NCBI GenBank assembly: GCA_014905635.1
Contig: JABVCE010000033.1
Coordinates: 62,001 to 126,000 of the forward strand
Direction: 5' to 3'
DNA length: 64,000 nt
Source: Scenedesmus sp. PABB004
Lineage: Eukaryota
Part shown: piece after piece, positions 14,283 through 26,300 of the stretch
How positions within the stretch are numbered: position 1 is the stretch's first letter
Layout of the letters: the number at the start of each line of letters is the position of its first letter
The notes under the pieces: generated by a model
What the model saw: only the letters and a program-made list of their open reading frames with translations
What the model was told of the DNA's origin: nothing
The model's database searches: none
Position numbers and translations under genes: made by a program

Positions 14283-15917
14283 TGATAATCATAATGATAG
14301 GGCCGCAGGGTGTAAGGACCGCTGCGGCACAGACGGTTTTGGGGGCAGGGCGTTGCGGGGCGGGGCCTTGCCGCGCTCGAGCCCCGCTGTGGGGCCGCGG
14401 CCGCGGCGCGCGGCGCGCGAGCCCTGGCGGGCCGAGGGGCGGGCGGCCCGCGCGCGCCGCGCGCGCAGCTCACGCACCGCCCCGTGCGCCGCCCCCCCCC
14501 CCCCAAACACACACGCGCGCAGCGGACATGCTCAAGGAGGACAAGACGGGCGGCAAGAAGTTCATGGACTTTGGCGGCGAGATCATCCCCTTTGCCGCGG
14601 CCAACAACATCAAGGCGCGCACACCGCCGCGCTGCGCCCGTGCCGCCGCGGCCGCGCACACCGCCGCCCGCTCTCCCGCACGCGCGCCCGCACACGCCCT
14701 CTTGCGCCCGCGCCGCGGGCGCGCCCGCCCACCCCGCTCGTCCGCGCCCCCCGCCCGCGCCCTCCTCCTCAACCACCAGGTCAACGCGTACCTCTTTGAC
14801 GGCTTCTGGGAGGACATCGGGACGATCAAGTCGTTCTTTGAGGAGAACCTCAAGCTCGCACAGCAGTGAGTCCGGGCTTGCGGGTGCTTGGGTGTGGGCG
14901 TGCGCGTGGGCGTGCGTGCATGCGTGTGCCCTCCGCTGCTGGCCCCTCCCACACCCTCACGCGCGCCGTCGCCCGCGCCGCACCCACCCACGCGCCCACG
15001 CACGCCCACACGCGCCCGCGCCCACTCACCCGCCCGTGCCACCGCTCGCAGGAACGCGCCGTTTGAGTTTTACGACCCCGCGAGTCCCATCTACACCAGC
15101 CCGCGCTTCCTGCCGCCCGCCAAGATCGAGGACGACTGCATGATCGAGGAGGCGATCATCTCCCACGGCTGCACCGTGCAGCGCAGCACGATCAAGCACG
15201 CCGTCGTGGGCCTGCGCTCCCACATCTCCGAGGGCTGCCACCTCGAGGCGCGGCGGCGCGCGGCGGCGCGGGGCGCGGCGCGCGGCGCGCGGCGGGCGGG
15301 CGGCTTGCTCCACGCCCCGCCCCCGCCCCCCCCCCACACACACACCCACACCCACACCATACCCACACCCACACCTTCGCTCACACGCAGAGCGCGATGA
15401 TCATCGGCGCCGACTACTACGAGAGCGAAGAGCAGCGCCGCAAGGTCGAGGCCGAGGGCGGCGTCCCGCTCGGCATCGGCGCGGGCAGCGTGATCAAGAA
15501 CTGCATCGTCGACAAGAACGCCCGCATCGGGCGCAACGTGGTCATCGAGAACAAGGCCGGCGTCGACGTGCGGCGCGCCGCGCGCTGCGGGCGGCGCGCG
15601 GCGGGCGGCGCGGCGCGGGCGGCGCGGCACAGGCGGCGCGCGGGCGGCGCTGCCGGGCGGGGCGGCGCCACGCACGCCACGCCCGCCCGCCCTCGCTCAC
15701 ACACTCACACCCACACCCGCCCACACGCGCGCACACACCTAAACACCCAAACACCCAAACACCCAAACACCCACACACCCACACACCCACACCCACGCCC
15801 ACGCCCACACGCCCGCACCCACAGGAGCTGAAGGCGGAGGAGCAGGGCTACATGATCCGAAGCGGCATCGTGGTCGTCATGCGCAACGCGACGATCAAGG
15901 ACGGCACCGTCATCTGA
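11618..15917 (+). CDS. ADP-glucose pyrophosphorylase large subunit (STA1/APL-like), about 12 exons; 5' end uncertain (in-frame Met at 12117)
   Basis: [120 protein letters not shown]; these variants match the large subunit. Confidence 0.93.
14218..14299 (+). repeat. (AAT)n microsatellite in an AGPase intron
   Basis: About 80 nt of ataataataatgataata..., a strongly AT-rich island in otherwise very GC-rich DNA. Confidence 0.9.
15690..15822 (+). repeat. CA-rich simple repeats (cacacc/acacccaa) in the last AGPase intron
   Basis: Directly visible acacccaaacacccaaacaccc and cacccacac arrays. Confidence 0.75.
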
Positions 15918-16605
15918 GCGCAGCGCGTGCGCTCCGCCGCGTGCGCAGCGGCGGCGGCGGCGGGCGCCGCGGCGGCGCCGCCCGTTTTGCGTGGCGCCCC
16001 CAGCGCCGCGGGCGGCGCCGCCGCACGCGCGCGCCGCGGAGCGGATCGGGGCGGGCGGGCCGCGAGGCGAGGCGGCGGCTCATCACTTGCGCACACTGCA
16101 CTTGGCCTCGCTTTCCAAGAAGCAGCGAGTGTGGTGACCCCTCTGCGCGCGAGTCGGTCGCGGCGCGGCGCGCCGCTGCAGCAGCAGCGCTGCGCGCCGC
16201 GCGGGCGCCGGCCGGGCGGGCGGTTGGCGGCGTGCATCGTGTGTCGTGATGCCTGCAGCGCCGCGCGAGCCGGACCGCCGGGCGCTGAATGCAATGCAGC
16301 GGCCGGCGGCGGCGGGCGGCCGCGCGTTTCGGCGGTCAGGCGTTTGGGGCGGTCGGGCGTCGGCGGTCGGGCGTGCAACACCTGTGGGACCAGCAGCTCT
16401 CCCCTGAATCCCGCACAGCTCGTCGTGCGCCGCCCGCCAGCAGCGACGCGTGCGCGCCATCGCTGCCGCGCGCCGCTGCCGCCTGCCGCCGCCGTGCGCA
16501 TACCCGCCTGCCGGCGCCGCGCTCCCTTAAGCGAATCAAGGGGGCCAATTAGACTCTCGTGCGGCGCCGTGCGGGCGCCAGGCTGCGCGGAGGGAGCCTC
16601 CGGAA

Positions 16606-17247
16606 ATGTCGGAGGCCATGCAGGGCGTCGCCAGCCGCGTGCTGGGCTCGCACACGCTGTCGGTGCGCTACGGCTCGACCGTCGTGGCCGGACAGGCGCT
16701 CACGCAGGCCCAGGCCGCGGCCGCGCCGGGCGTGGAGTGGGACGCCGCACCTCGGCGGCGCTACACGCTGGCGCTGGTCGATCCCGACGCGCCGCGCCCG
16801 GAGGCGCCGACGGCGGCGCAGTGGCTGCACTGGCTCGTCGTCAACGTGCCGGGTGCGCCGTGTGTGCGGCCCGCTGCACACACGCGCGGGCTGCTGTGCT
16901 CGCGGGCAAGCGTCGACGCGCGCCGCGGCCGGTGCGGCGCGCAGGTTGCCACCTGGGCAAGGGCTCCGAGCTCACGCCCTACGCGGGGCCCACCCCGCCG
17001 CACGGCATGCACCGCTACGTTTTTCTGCTCTGGCAGCAGGCACGCCGGCGCGGCGGGGGCAGGCGGGGCCGCTGCCCGCACGCTGCGCTGACTGGCCGGC
17101 CGGCCGCCGCCGCAGCCGGAGGGCGCGGAGCTGCCGGCGGCGCGCATCGAGCAGCGCGCGCGGTTTGACGCCGAGGCCTGGGCGCGGCGCCACGGCCTGG
17201 GCGACCCCGCCGCGGCGGCATACTTCACGACGGCGCACGGCGCGTGA
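16606..17247 (+). CDS. Phosphatidylethanolamine-binding protein (PEBP/RKIP; FT/TFL1/MFT superfamily), 3 exons
   Basis: YTLALVDPDAP, WLHWLVVNVP, YAGPTPPHGMHRYVFLLWQQ|P, RARFDAEAWARRHGLGDPAAAAYF*. Confidence 0.9.
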
Positions 17248-17637
17248 CTGCGTTGTCGAGGGCCGAGCGTTGAGAGTTCGCGCCGCCTCTGAGTTGGCGC
17301 CGCCGCCAGCGGAGCACCGCGCGCCCGCGTCGAGCGTTTAGAGAGCTGCCGTTGAGAACGCGGCGAGTTTTGTTTGTGACGCCGTCGAACGCTTTTGAAA
17401 ATCGCGCCGCCGCCGCTCGTGGAATACCCGCCGCGCCCGCCGCGCCCCCGTCCACTCCCGATCGACGGTCGGTGCGCCAGCCCCTTCCGCGTCGCCCCCG
17501 CACACGCGCAGCGCCGGCAGCCAACCGACGTCGCGCGGGCAGCCGGACCCCCCCAGCGGCCCCGCCGGGCCCCCGCGGGCCGCGTCGGCCAGCCCAGGCG
17601 ATCCGGACACACTTCTTCCACCGCAACCGCGCCCGCG

Positions 17638-19930
17638 ATGGGCAAGAGGCCGGGCGCCGCGCTGGGCGGGGGCGCGTGCGCAGATGCGCCGTCCCCGCGC
17701 GCCGGCGGCGTGCTCTGCGCCATCGAAAACCTGGTGTCCAGCCCCAGGGCGACGCCGCCGGGGCTCAAGTCGCCCCTGGCCAAGCGGCAGCGCCTGCTGG
17801 AGGGCGCCGGCCCGGCCCAGGAGCAGCAGCCCCCCGCGCCGCCGGCGGTCGACGCCGGCGCCCTGTTTGCGCGCGCGCGCGAGCTGCTGCGCCAGCCGCC
17901 CGCCGGCGCCCAGGCGGAGGCGCCCCTGGGCCGCGAGGCGCAGGCGGCGCAGATCCGCGACGCGCTCGCCGCCTTTGTGGGCGGCGGCGCGGGGCGTTCG
18001 ATCTACGTCAGCGGCCTGCCGGGCACGGGTGCGTGCCGGCCGCTGCTGCGACGGCTGCTGCGGCGGCTGCCGCGACGGCCGCGCGCCGTCCCGGCGCTGC
18101 CCCAGCGCGCACGCGACCGCGAGCTCGACCCGACGCACCCGCCCCCGCCCCGCGCGCCGCCGCGCCGCGCGCGCGCAGGCAAGAGCCACACCGTGCGCCG
18201 CGCGCTGCAGCAGCTGCTCGCGCGCTCGCCCGGCGCGGCGCGCGTGACGTGGGTCAACTGTATGGGTGTCAGCTCGGCGGGCGAGGTCCACGCCGCGGTC
18301 GCGGCGGCCGCCGAGGGCCGCGGCGCCTGCGACCTCGGCGACGACGGCCGCCGCGCCGACGACGCCGAGCCCGGCGGCGCGGGCGGCGCCGGCCGCCGCA
18401 CGCTCAGCTACGCGGCGCTGCTGGAGACGCTCGCCACGCCGGGCGGCGCCGCGGCCGGCCGGCAGCCGGCCAAGGCGCGGCGCACGCGCGCCGGCGCCGC
18501 CGGCGCCGCGGCCGCGCCCCCGGCCGCCGCCGCCGCCGCCGCCGTTCGGCACGTCATCGTCCTGGACGAGATCGACGCCCTGGCCAAGCGCAGCATCCCC
18601 GACCTGGTCGGGCTCTTCGGCCTGCCGCACGACCCCGCGGCCGCGCGGCGCGGCGGCGGCGTGCTGCTCCTGGGCATCGCCAACTGCATCGACCTCACCG
18701 AGCGCACGCTGCCGCAGCTCAAGCTGCGCGGCGCGGAGCCGGCGCTCGTCGCGTTCCCGGCATACACCAGCGCGCAGCTGCGCGCCATCCTCGGCGCCGC
18801 GGCGGGCGCGCTGCCCTGCAGGTGAGCCGCGCGCGCGGGCGCGGCGGCCGGCGTGCCGCCCAGGCACAGCGGCGCAGCGCGCCGGCCGCGGCCCCCGCGC
18901 CCGCCAGCGCCGGTCCGCGCGCCGCCTGCCGACCCGCGCGCCCCCGCCGCCGCTGCCGCCGCGCAGGCTGTTTGAGCCGCAGGCGCTGGACCTGTGCGCG
19001 CGCAGCGTGTCGTCGAGCAGCGGCGACCTGCGCCACGCGCTCAAGGCCTGCCGCGCGGCGCTGGACGACCTGGAGCGCGCGCAGCAGGCGCAGCAGGCGC
19101 AGCAGCAGGGCGCGCCCGGCGCGCCGCCGGCGGTGGGCGTGCGGCACATGATGGCCGCGCTGTCGCGCCTCGCCGTCGGCAAGCACGGCGGCGGCGCGGC
19201 GGGCGCCATCCGCGGCCTGCCCAACCAGCAGCAGCTGCTGCTCTACTCGCTCTCGGTGCTCTGCCGCCCCGCGCCCGACGGCGGCGCCGACGCCGACGAC
19301 ACGCGCTGCCCGCGCGACGCCGCCGGCACGCCGCCGCCGCGGCCGGGCGGGGCGAGCGCGCTCTGGAAGACGGCGGGCTCCGCGACGCCGCTCGGCGCGG
19401 CGGCCGGCGGCGGCGGCAAGGGCGGCGGGGCGAAGCCCCCTGGCAAGCGCCTCGGCGCGACGCCGGGCGAGGGCGGGCGGCGCGGCGGGCAGGTGTTTGC
19501 GCTCGCGGTGGGGCTGGAGGCGGCGTATGCCCAGTACCGCGCCGTGTGCAAGCTGCTCGCGCTGCCGCCGTGCTCGCGCGGCGAGCTGCAGCACATCGCA
19601 GAGCTGCTGGTGCAGATGGCGCTGGTGGACGTCATGCACATCCCCGCGCCGCCCGCCGGCGGCGGCGCCGGCGCCAAGGCCGGCGGCGCCGCGGCGCTGC
19701 CCAAGGGCTTCGGCGGCCGCAAGAGCCTCGGCGGCCTCGGCGGCGGCCGCGGGCTGCTCGGCGGCGGCGGCGCAAAGCGCAGCGACGGCGGCGGCGCGGG
19801 CGGCGGCGGGGCCGCGGGCGCCGCCGGTGGCGCCGGTGGCGAGATGCGGCTGTCGCTGCGGCCGTCGGTGGAGGAGGTGGAGGCGGCGCTGGCGGCCAAC
19901 CCGGCGCTGCGCTGCCTCGTGCAGAAGTGA
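17638..19930 (+). CDS. CDC6: Cell division control protein 6 (AAA+ replication licensing factor), 3 exons
   Basis: SIYVSGLPGT|GKS (Walker A split by an intron), VNCM, VIVLDEIDAL (Walker B), GIANCIDLTER, FPAYTSAQL, SGDLRHALKACR, winged-helix-like C-terminus LPNQQQLLL...AYAQYRAVCK. Confidence 0.88.
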
Positions 19931-20171
19931 CGCGGCGCGGTCTTGCGGAGCGGAGCGGGCCAGCGGGCAGCAGCTGCTGCGCGGGCAGGGACCGAGAGGC
20001 TGGCGAATGACTGACCGACGTGCGGGGGCAGCGTGCGCGACACACACCTGGCAGCGGCGGACTTGACCCACACTCACACTGACCGCGGCTGGCGGCTGCA
20101 GCTAGCAGCTAGCAGCGGCGCACATCATCCCCGCTGCGACGCGGGGCGCGAGGCGCGTGGCCTGCGTCAAT

Positions 20172-20176
20172 TTACA
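20172..20176 (-). terminator. TGTAA poly(A) signal of the LEA-like gene
   Basis: Plus-strand ttaca about 200 nt downstream of the minus-strand stop at 20381. Confidence 0.5.
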
Positions 20177-20380
20177 AGAGGGCTCGGCCGACGCCCGCCC
20201 CGCCGCGATCGCAACGCGCCAATCCAGCCCCCGCACGCGCCGCACGCACGCAGCCTGGCCTACGCGCAACAACGTAGCCGCCGCCTGCCGCATGCGCGGC
20301 TTATTGTGTCGGTGCTCACGAGCCGCTCGGGCGAGCGGCTCACGCTGCCCGCCCTGCGCCGGCCCTCCCGTCCTCACTTC

Positions 20381-23300
20381 TCACTCCTGGCCCTGCTGGC
20401 CCGCCGCCGCCGCCTGGCTGGCCGCGGCCTTGTTGGCCAGAAGCTCCTCAGTGCTGCTGGGGATCTCGGCGGGCGGCACCTCCCAGTCGGCGGCAAGGTC
20501 CTTCAGCTGCTCAGTGACGTGGGACACCTGCGCGCCGGGCGGGCGGGCGGGCGGCGCGGGGTTGCGCGGGGCACCGCAGCGACCAGCGCGTGGGCGCGCG
20601 CGCCGGAGCCGCGGCCGCCAGCCGCCGCGCCGCGGCCGCCCCCACCTGGCCCAGCAGCCCCTCGACGCCGCTCTCCACGTGGCCGGCCGCCAGCCCCGCC
20701 GCGTGCGCGGCGTCGTCGACGCCAGCCTGCGCGGCGCGTGGGCGCGTGTCGGCCGGCGGCCGCCGCGCCCAGGGGCCTGCGAGGCGGCGCTGCACCCGGC
20801 CCAGCGAGCAGCCCGGCTCATCGCACCTGCAGGCGTGCCTTGGTGCCATCGACTGCGTCCGAGCCGGCCGGCGCCGCCGCAGCGCCGCGGCCGCCGGCGC
20901 CTGCGGCCTGCCCGGCGCCGCCCGCGCGGCGCGCGCCGTGCTCGCCGGCGCCGCCCTTGGCGGCCGCGCCGGCTGCGCCGGTGTCGCCCGCGCCCGCGAG
21001 CGCCGCGCGGCTGGCCTCGGCACCCGCCGCCTCGGCGCCGGCCATCTGCTCCGTGGCGACCAGCTCAAAGGTGTCGGGCAGGCCTGCGCGCGCGCGGCGG
21101 GCCTGCCGCGTGAGCCGCCGCCGGCGCACCGCCGCGGCCGCTGCGCGCAGCCGCCGGTCACGCCCGCGCCAGCGGCCGCCCACCAGTGACGACCGCGGTG
21201 GCCTCGTCGAACGCCGCCTCCTTCTCGAACGGCCCCAGCAGCCCGCCCAGCAGCGCCTTGGCCGCGCCGCCGACGCTGGCCAGCACGCCGCCCGCGACGG
21301 CGCCGGCTGCGGCGCGCGGCGGCGGCGGCGCGCGCGGTGGGCGAGCGAGCGCGGCGGAGCGCGGGCGACGGGGCGCGCGCCTGAGCCAGCGCAAGCCTGC
21401 GCGCCTGGCACATCCCTGCCACTCACCCTCCTCGCCCGCGCGGCCTGCCGCCTTGCGCGCCTCGGACAGCGCCGCCTCGCCGCGCCCCACCGCCTCGCCG
21501 GCGCCGTGCGCCGCCGCGTCCACGCCGCGCTGCGCGGCGTCGCCGGCGGCGTCGGCCGCCTCGCCCGTGCGCTCGCGCACGTCGCCTGCCGCTGCCTTAA
21601 GCGCGCTGGCGCCGGCGTCGGCCTCCATGCCGACCACCTCGCCCGCCGCCGCGGCGGTGTCGCGCGCCTCGCGCGCGGCGTCGCGCACGCCGTCCGCCAG
21701 CCGGCCCGCGGTCGCCTCGACGCGGCCGGCCGCCTTGCCCGCGGTGCGCGCGGCGGCGTCGCTCGCGTCGGCCGCGCCGCGCTTGACCGCGTCGGCGCCC
21801 GCGCGGCCCTCCATGCGCGCGGCCTCGCCCGTCGCGGCGGCGGTGTCGGCCGCCTCGCGTGCCGCCGACGCCGGCGTGCCCTCCTCCTCGCCCTTTGCGC
21901 CCCCGCCTGCCGCGCTGCGGCCACCCTTGCCCCAGTGCAGCCACGCGCCGAGGCCGCCGCTGCCCTTGTGCTGCCCGCCGTCCTCGCGCTCGCCGCCGTC
22001 GCCCTCGTGCTCGCCGCTGCCCTTGTGCTCATCGCCGCTGCCCCCGCCGCCGCCGGGGCCGCCGTGCGCGAGCGGGCCCTGCGGCAGCTCCGCGCCGCCG
22101 CTGCCCGCGCTGGGGCTGGGGCTGCTGCTCGCGGCGGCCGGCGCCGCGGTCGGCTCGGCGCCGGTGCTGTCGGCGCTGGGCGCCGGGTGCTCCGCGCGGT
22201 AGGCCTTGTACGAGCTGCACAGGGGCGCAGGCGCCGGGGGGGGGGGGGGCTGAGCGCACGCGTGGCTGGGGCGGGGCGGGGCGCCGCGCGCCGGGCTGGC
22301 GCAGCACACGGCGGGCGGGCGCAGCGCGCGGCCGGCGCTCGGGGTGCCGCACTCACGCCGCGAGCTCCTTGGCGCGCTGCATGGCGTTGGGGTCGCTCAC
22401 GAGCGGGCCGATGACCTGCGGCGGCAGAGAGAGGCAGCCTGTGCGTCCTGCGCGCCCACCCCCACCGCCGCCGCCCCTGCGGCCCGCCCCGCGCCGCCTG
22501 CCCCCGCCGCGGCCAGCTCACCTTGTCGCCGAGCGTGTCGCGGCTGCTCGCGGTGTGGCCGGCCGCCTCAATGGCGCCCATGCGCGCCTCCTGCGCGGCG
22601 CCACGCACGGCGCGCGGGGCGGCGGCGGCGGCGAGCGCAGAGCGCTGGGCGGGCCAGGGCCAGGGGCGGGGCCCGCCGGCGGCCGCGCGGCGGCGGCGGC
22701 GCGCGCACCTGCAGCGCCTGCGCGTCCTTGGCCGCGCCCGCGCCGACGCTGACGCCCGAGAACGCGCCGCCGCCGGGCATCGCGGCCGCCGCGGCCGCCG
22801 CCTGCGAAGGCCTGCCGCTGTCGTCGGCCGCGCCGGCGTCCGCCGCCAGGCGCTCGACGCTGGCCTGCGCGCCGCGCGGCACGCGGCGCGGCGCGCGGCG
22901 GGGCAGGGCAGGGCGGTCCCGCGTGAGCGCGGCGAGCCGCCGTCGGCGCCGCGCCGCGCGCCCTGCCAGCCGCCGCGCCGCCACGCGGGGCCACCTGCGC
23001 GTCGCGGTGGTGCTTGCCGTGGTCGACCAGCCCGCCGCCGCCGGCCAGCGCCGCCGCGCGCTCCGCGACGTGCCCCGCGACGCCGCGCCCGATCTCGGCG
23101 GCCGTGCCCAGCGCGGCCGCAGCCTTGGCCGGCGCGGCCGCGACGCCCGCCGCCGCCTCGGCCGCCTCATGCTTCAGAAAGAACTGTGCCCGAGCGGGCG
23201 GCACGGGGCGGCGGCGGCGCGCGGTCGGGCGCGCGGCAGGCGGGCGGCGGGGGCGCGGCGCGCGAAGTGCGCGACGCGTGGAGGGGCCGGGCCGCCAGAC

Positions 23301-26300
23301 TGCCGCCGTGCCGCCCGCCGCGCGCGCCGCACCGCCGTGCCGTCTGGCTTGTTGTCGCTCGACTTGCCGCGCAGGTTGTCGGGGTCGGCCGCCGCGTCGG
23401 CGTCGCTCGTGGTCGCCGTGTCCACGGCCGCCTTGCCCAGGCGCTCGGCCTTGTGCCGCAGCGCGTGCGGGTCGTCCGACGCGCCGCCGGTGGGGACCTG
23501 CGCCGCGCCGCACCGCGCAGCAGATCAGCGGTCGCGCGTGAGTGCGGCGCGGCGCGCGCGTGAGCGGGGCACGCCCCCGCGCCCCCGCGCCGCCCGCTGC
23601 CCCGCCGCGCCTGCTCCGCCGGGCGCATCATGATTTTGTGGCCGGGCGTGTCGCTCGCGACCGGCACGGCGCCGCGCACGGGGTCGACCATCACGTCAGC
23701 GTTGGGGTCCTGCGCAGCCGGTTTGGGGTTTGGGGTTGAGGCGTTGGGGTTTGGCCAGCGCGGGGCGCGCGGGCGGCGGAAAGAGCAGCCGCGGCGGGCC
23801 GCCCCACCTCCAGGCCGGCGGCAAACTCCTTGCCCTTGGGGCCCTTGGCCTCGGCGCGGCCGAGGCCCTCCCACACCGCCGCCATGCTGCCCACCCACGC
23901 CGCGACCGCGCCCTCGGCGTTGCTGCTGGCGCGGTCGGGGTCGGGGCCGCGCGCCGCGGCGGCCGCCGCCTGCGCGGCACGCGGGGGCGCGCGCGTCGGG
24001 GGCTGGGCCAATGCCGCGGCGCTGCGCCCGGGCTGCCGCCCGGCCCGCAGCGCCGCACCTGCGCCGCCTCCACCAGCTCCGCCTGCCCGCCCGCGCTCAG
24101 CGCGGCGCCGAGGCCCAGGCTGCCCTCGCGCGCCAGGCTGCCGCCCGTGGGGGCCTCCGCGCCGGGCGGCGCGGGGCCGCCGGGGCGCGCGCCGCCGGCG
24201 CCGCCTGCGCGGGGCTCGCCGGCGGGCGGCAGCGTGCCGCGGCGCGTGAAGGGCGCGGTGGCGGTCTTGATGGTGTCGTCGCCGTCCCAGGGCGCCGCGG
24301 AGCCGGTGCCAAAGCCAGAGGCCATGCCCTTGTCGCCCTGCGGGGCACACGGGCGCGGCGCGAGGGGCGGCGCGGCGCGTCGGGCCGGCGGCGGGCTGGC
24401 CGGGCGCGCGTGCGAGGGCGCGCCAGCGAGCACGCACACACGCGGGGCCGCCCTGCCGCCCCAGTGCGCGCCCGTGCGGCACGCACCGAGAAGCGCGTCG
24501 AGCGCGCCTGGTCGGCGTCGACGCGATACGTGTCGGGCTTGTCGTGCGGCTCCCCGCCTGCAGGGAGGGAGGGGCGCGCAGCGGCGCGCTCACCCACCCC
24601 CTGGGCAGCACCGGCAGCGGCAGCGACCGGTGCGCCATGGCCCCGCGGCTCGCACCCGTGACGGCGCGCTGCGCGCCCGCCACCGCGCCCGACTTGGCCG
24701 CGGCGCTGCCTGCCTGGCCGCTCGGCGCCTGGCTGCCGGGCGAGACGCGGTAGGTCTGCGCAGGAGCGCGGGCGTGCATGGGCGGGCGGGCGGCGGGTGA
24801 GGGTGGCGCTGGCCGCGACGGCGGCGCGCACGCGGCCGCGGCGCTGCGGCTGCCTGGCGCGGCCCAGGCCCGGGCGCCGGCCCAGCCAGCTGGGCGCGCC
24901 GCCGCCGCCGCACCTCTGCCTCGTAGATCTTGGCCTGCGCCGGGTCGTCCAGGTGCTTGCTGCGCTCCACGTTTGACGTCACGTCCCACGGCGCGGCGGT
25001 CTCGCCCTGCGACACCGCGCCCGGCGCCTTGGCGCCGCCGTGCCTCACGTCGCGCCACGCCTCCTGCGCGCTGCCGCCGCCGCCCGCGCCGCGCGTGCCG
25101 GCGCCCGCGCCGGCGGCCACCACGTCCTCGGCGGAGGGGCCGCGGCTGGCCGCGCCGCCGCCCTGGTCGGGCGCGGCGGGCGCGGCGCCGCCGCCGGGCG
25201 CCATGCGCCGGACCGCGCCAGCCGCGCCGCTGACCGCGCCGGCGGCGGCGTCGTAGGCACCCACAAATCCCTCCTTGGCGCCCCGCAGCAGCGAGCCGCC
25301 GCCGCCGGTGGGCGCGCCGCCGGTGGGCGCGCCGCCGGTGGGCGTGCCGCCGGCCTCGCGCGCCGGCGACGGCGCGGGCGCCTGCGGGCGCCGAGCGGCG
25401 GCGGCGCAGGCGGGCGTCGGTCCCACGGCGGGGCGTGCGGGGTTGCGTGCGCTGCGCCGCGTCACCTGCCGCCCCTCTGTCTGGCCAGCTGAGCTGTACA
25501 CGGCCATCGCTGCCAGCTGCTGCTGCTGCGCGCCCCCGCCCCCCCTGCCGAGGCGCAGGCCATCGAGCAGGCTGCTGCTGCTGGCGCCGTCGGCGCCGCG
25601 CGTGCTGCCGCCGCCGCTGCCGTACGCGGCCTGGGCCGCGCGCGAAGCGCGCAGCGCCTGCAGGCACGCGCGGGAGCAGGCAGCGTCGGCCCTGCCCGCT
25701 GCACCCACGCCAGTCCGCGCACCCACTGCCCGCCCGCCTGCGCAGCCGCACCTCCTGCACCGTGTCGCCGCCGCCGCGCATGCCCTCCACCTCCATGGCG
25801 CCGGCCGCGACGTGCGCGGCGCTCTTGGCTGCCTCGCGCACGCTCTCCACCGCCGCGCTGGCCTGGTCGCGCACCGCCTCGGCGGCGCCTGCCACGCCCT
25901 CGCGCGCGCTGTCGGCCGCAGCGCCTGCCTTGTCTCGCACCGCGTCGGCGGTGCCTGCCGCGCCCTCGCGTGCGCTGTCGACCGCGGCGCTGGCCTGGTC
26001 GCGCACCGCGTCGGTGGCGCCCGCCGCGCCCTCGCGCGCGCGGTCGGCCGCGGCGCTGGCCTGGTCGCGCACCGCGTCGGCGGCGCCCGCCGCGCCCTCG
26101 CGCGCGCGGTTGGCCGCCGCGCTGGCCTGGTCGCGCGCCGCGTCGGCGGCGCCCGCCGCGCCCTCGCGCGCGCGGTTGGCCGCCGCGCTGGCCTGGTCGC
26201 GCGCCGCGTCGGCGGCGCCCGCCGCGCCCTCGCGCGCGCGGTTGGCCGCCGCGCTGGCCTGGTCGCGCGCCGCGTCGGCGGCGCCCGCCGCGCCCTCGCG

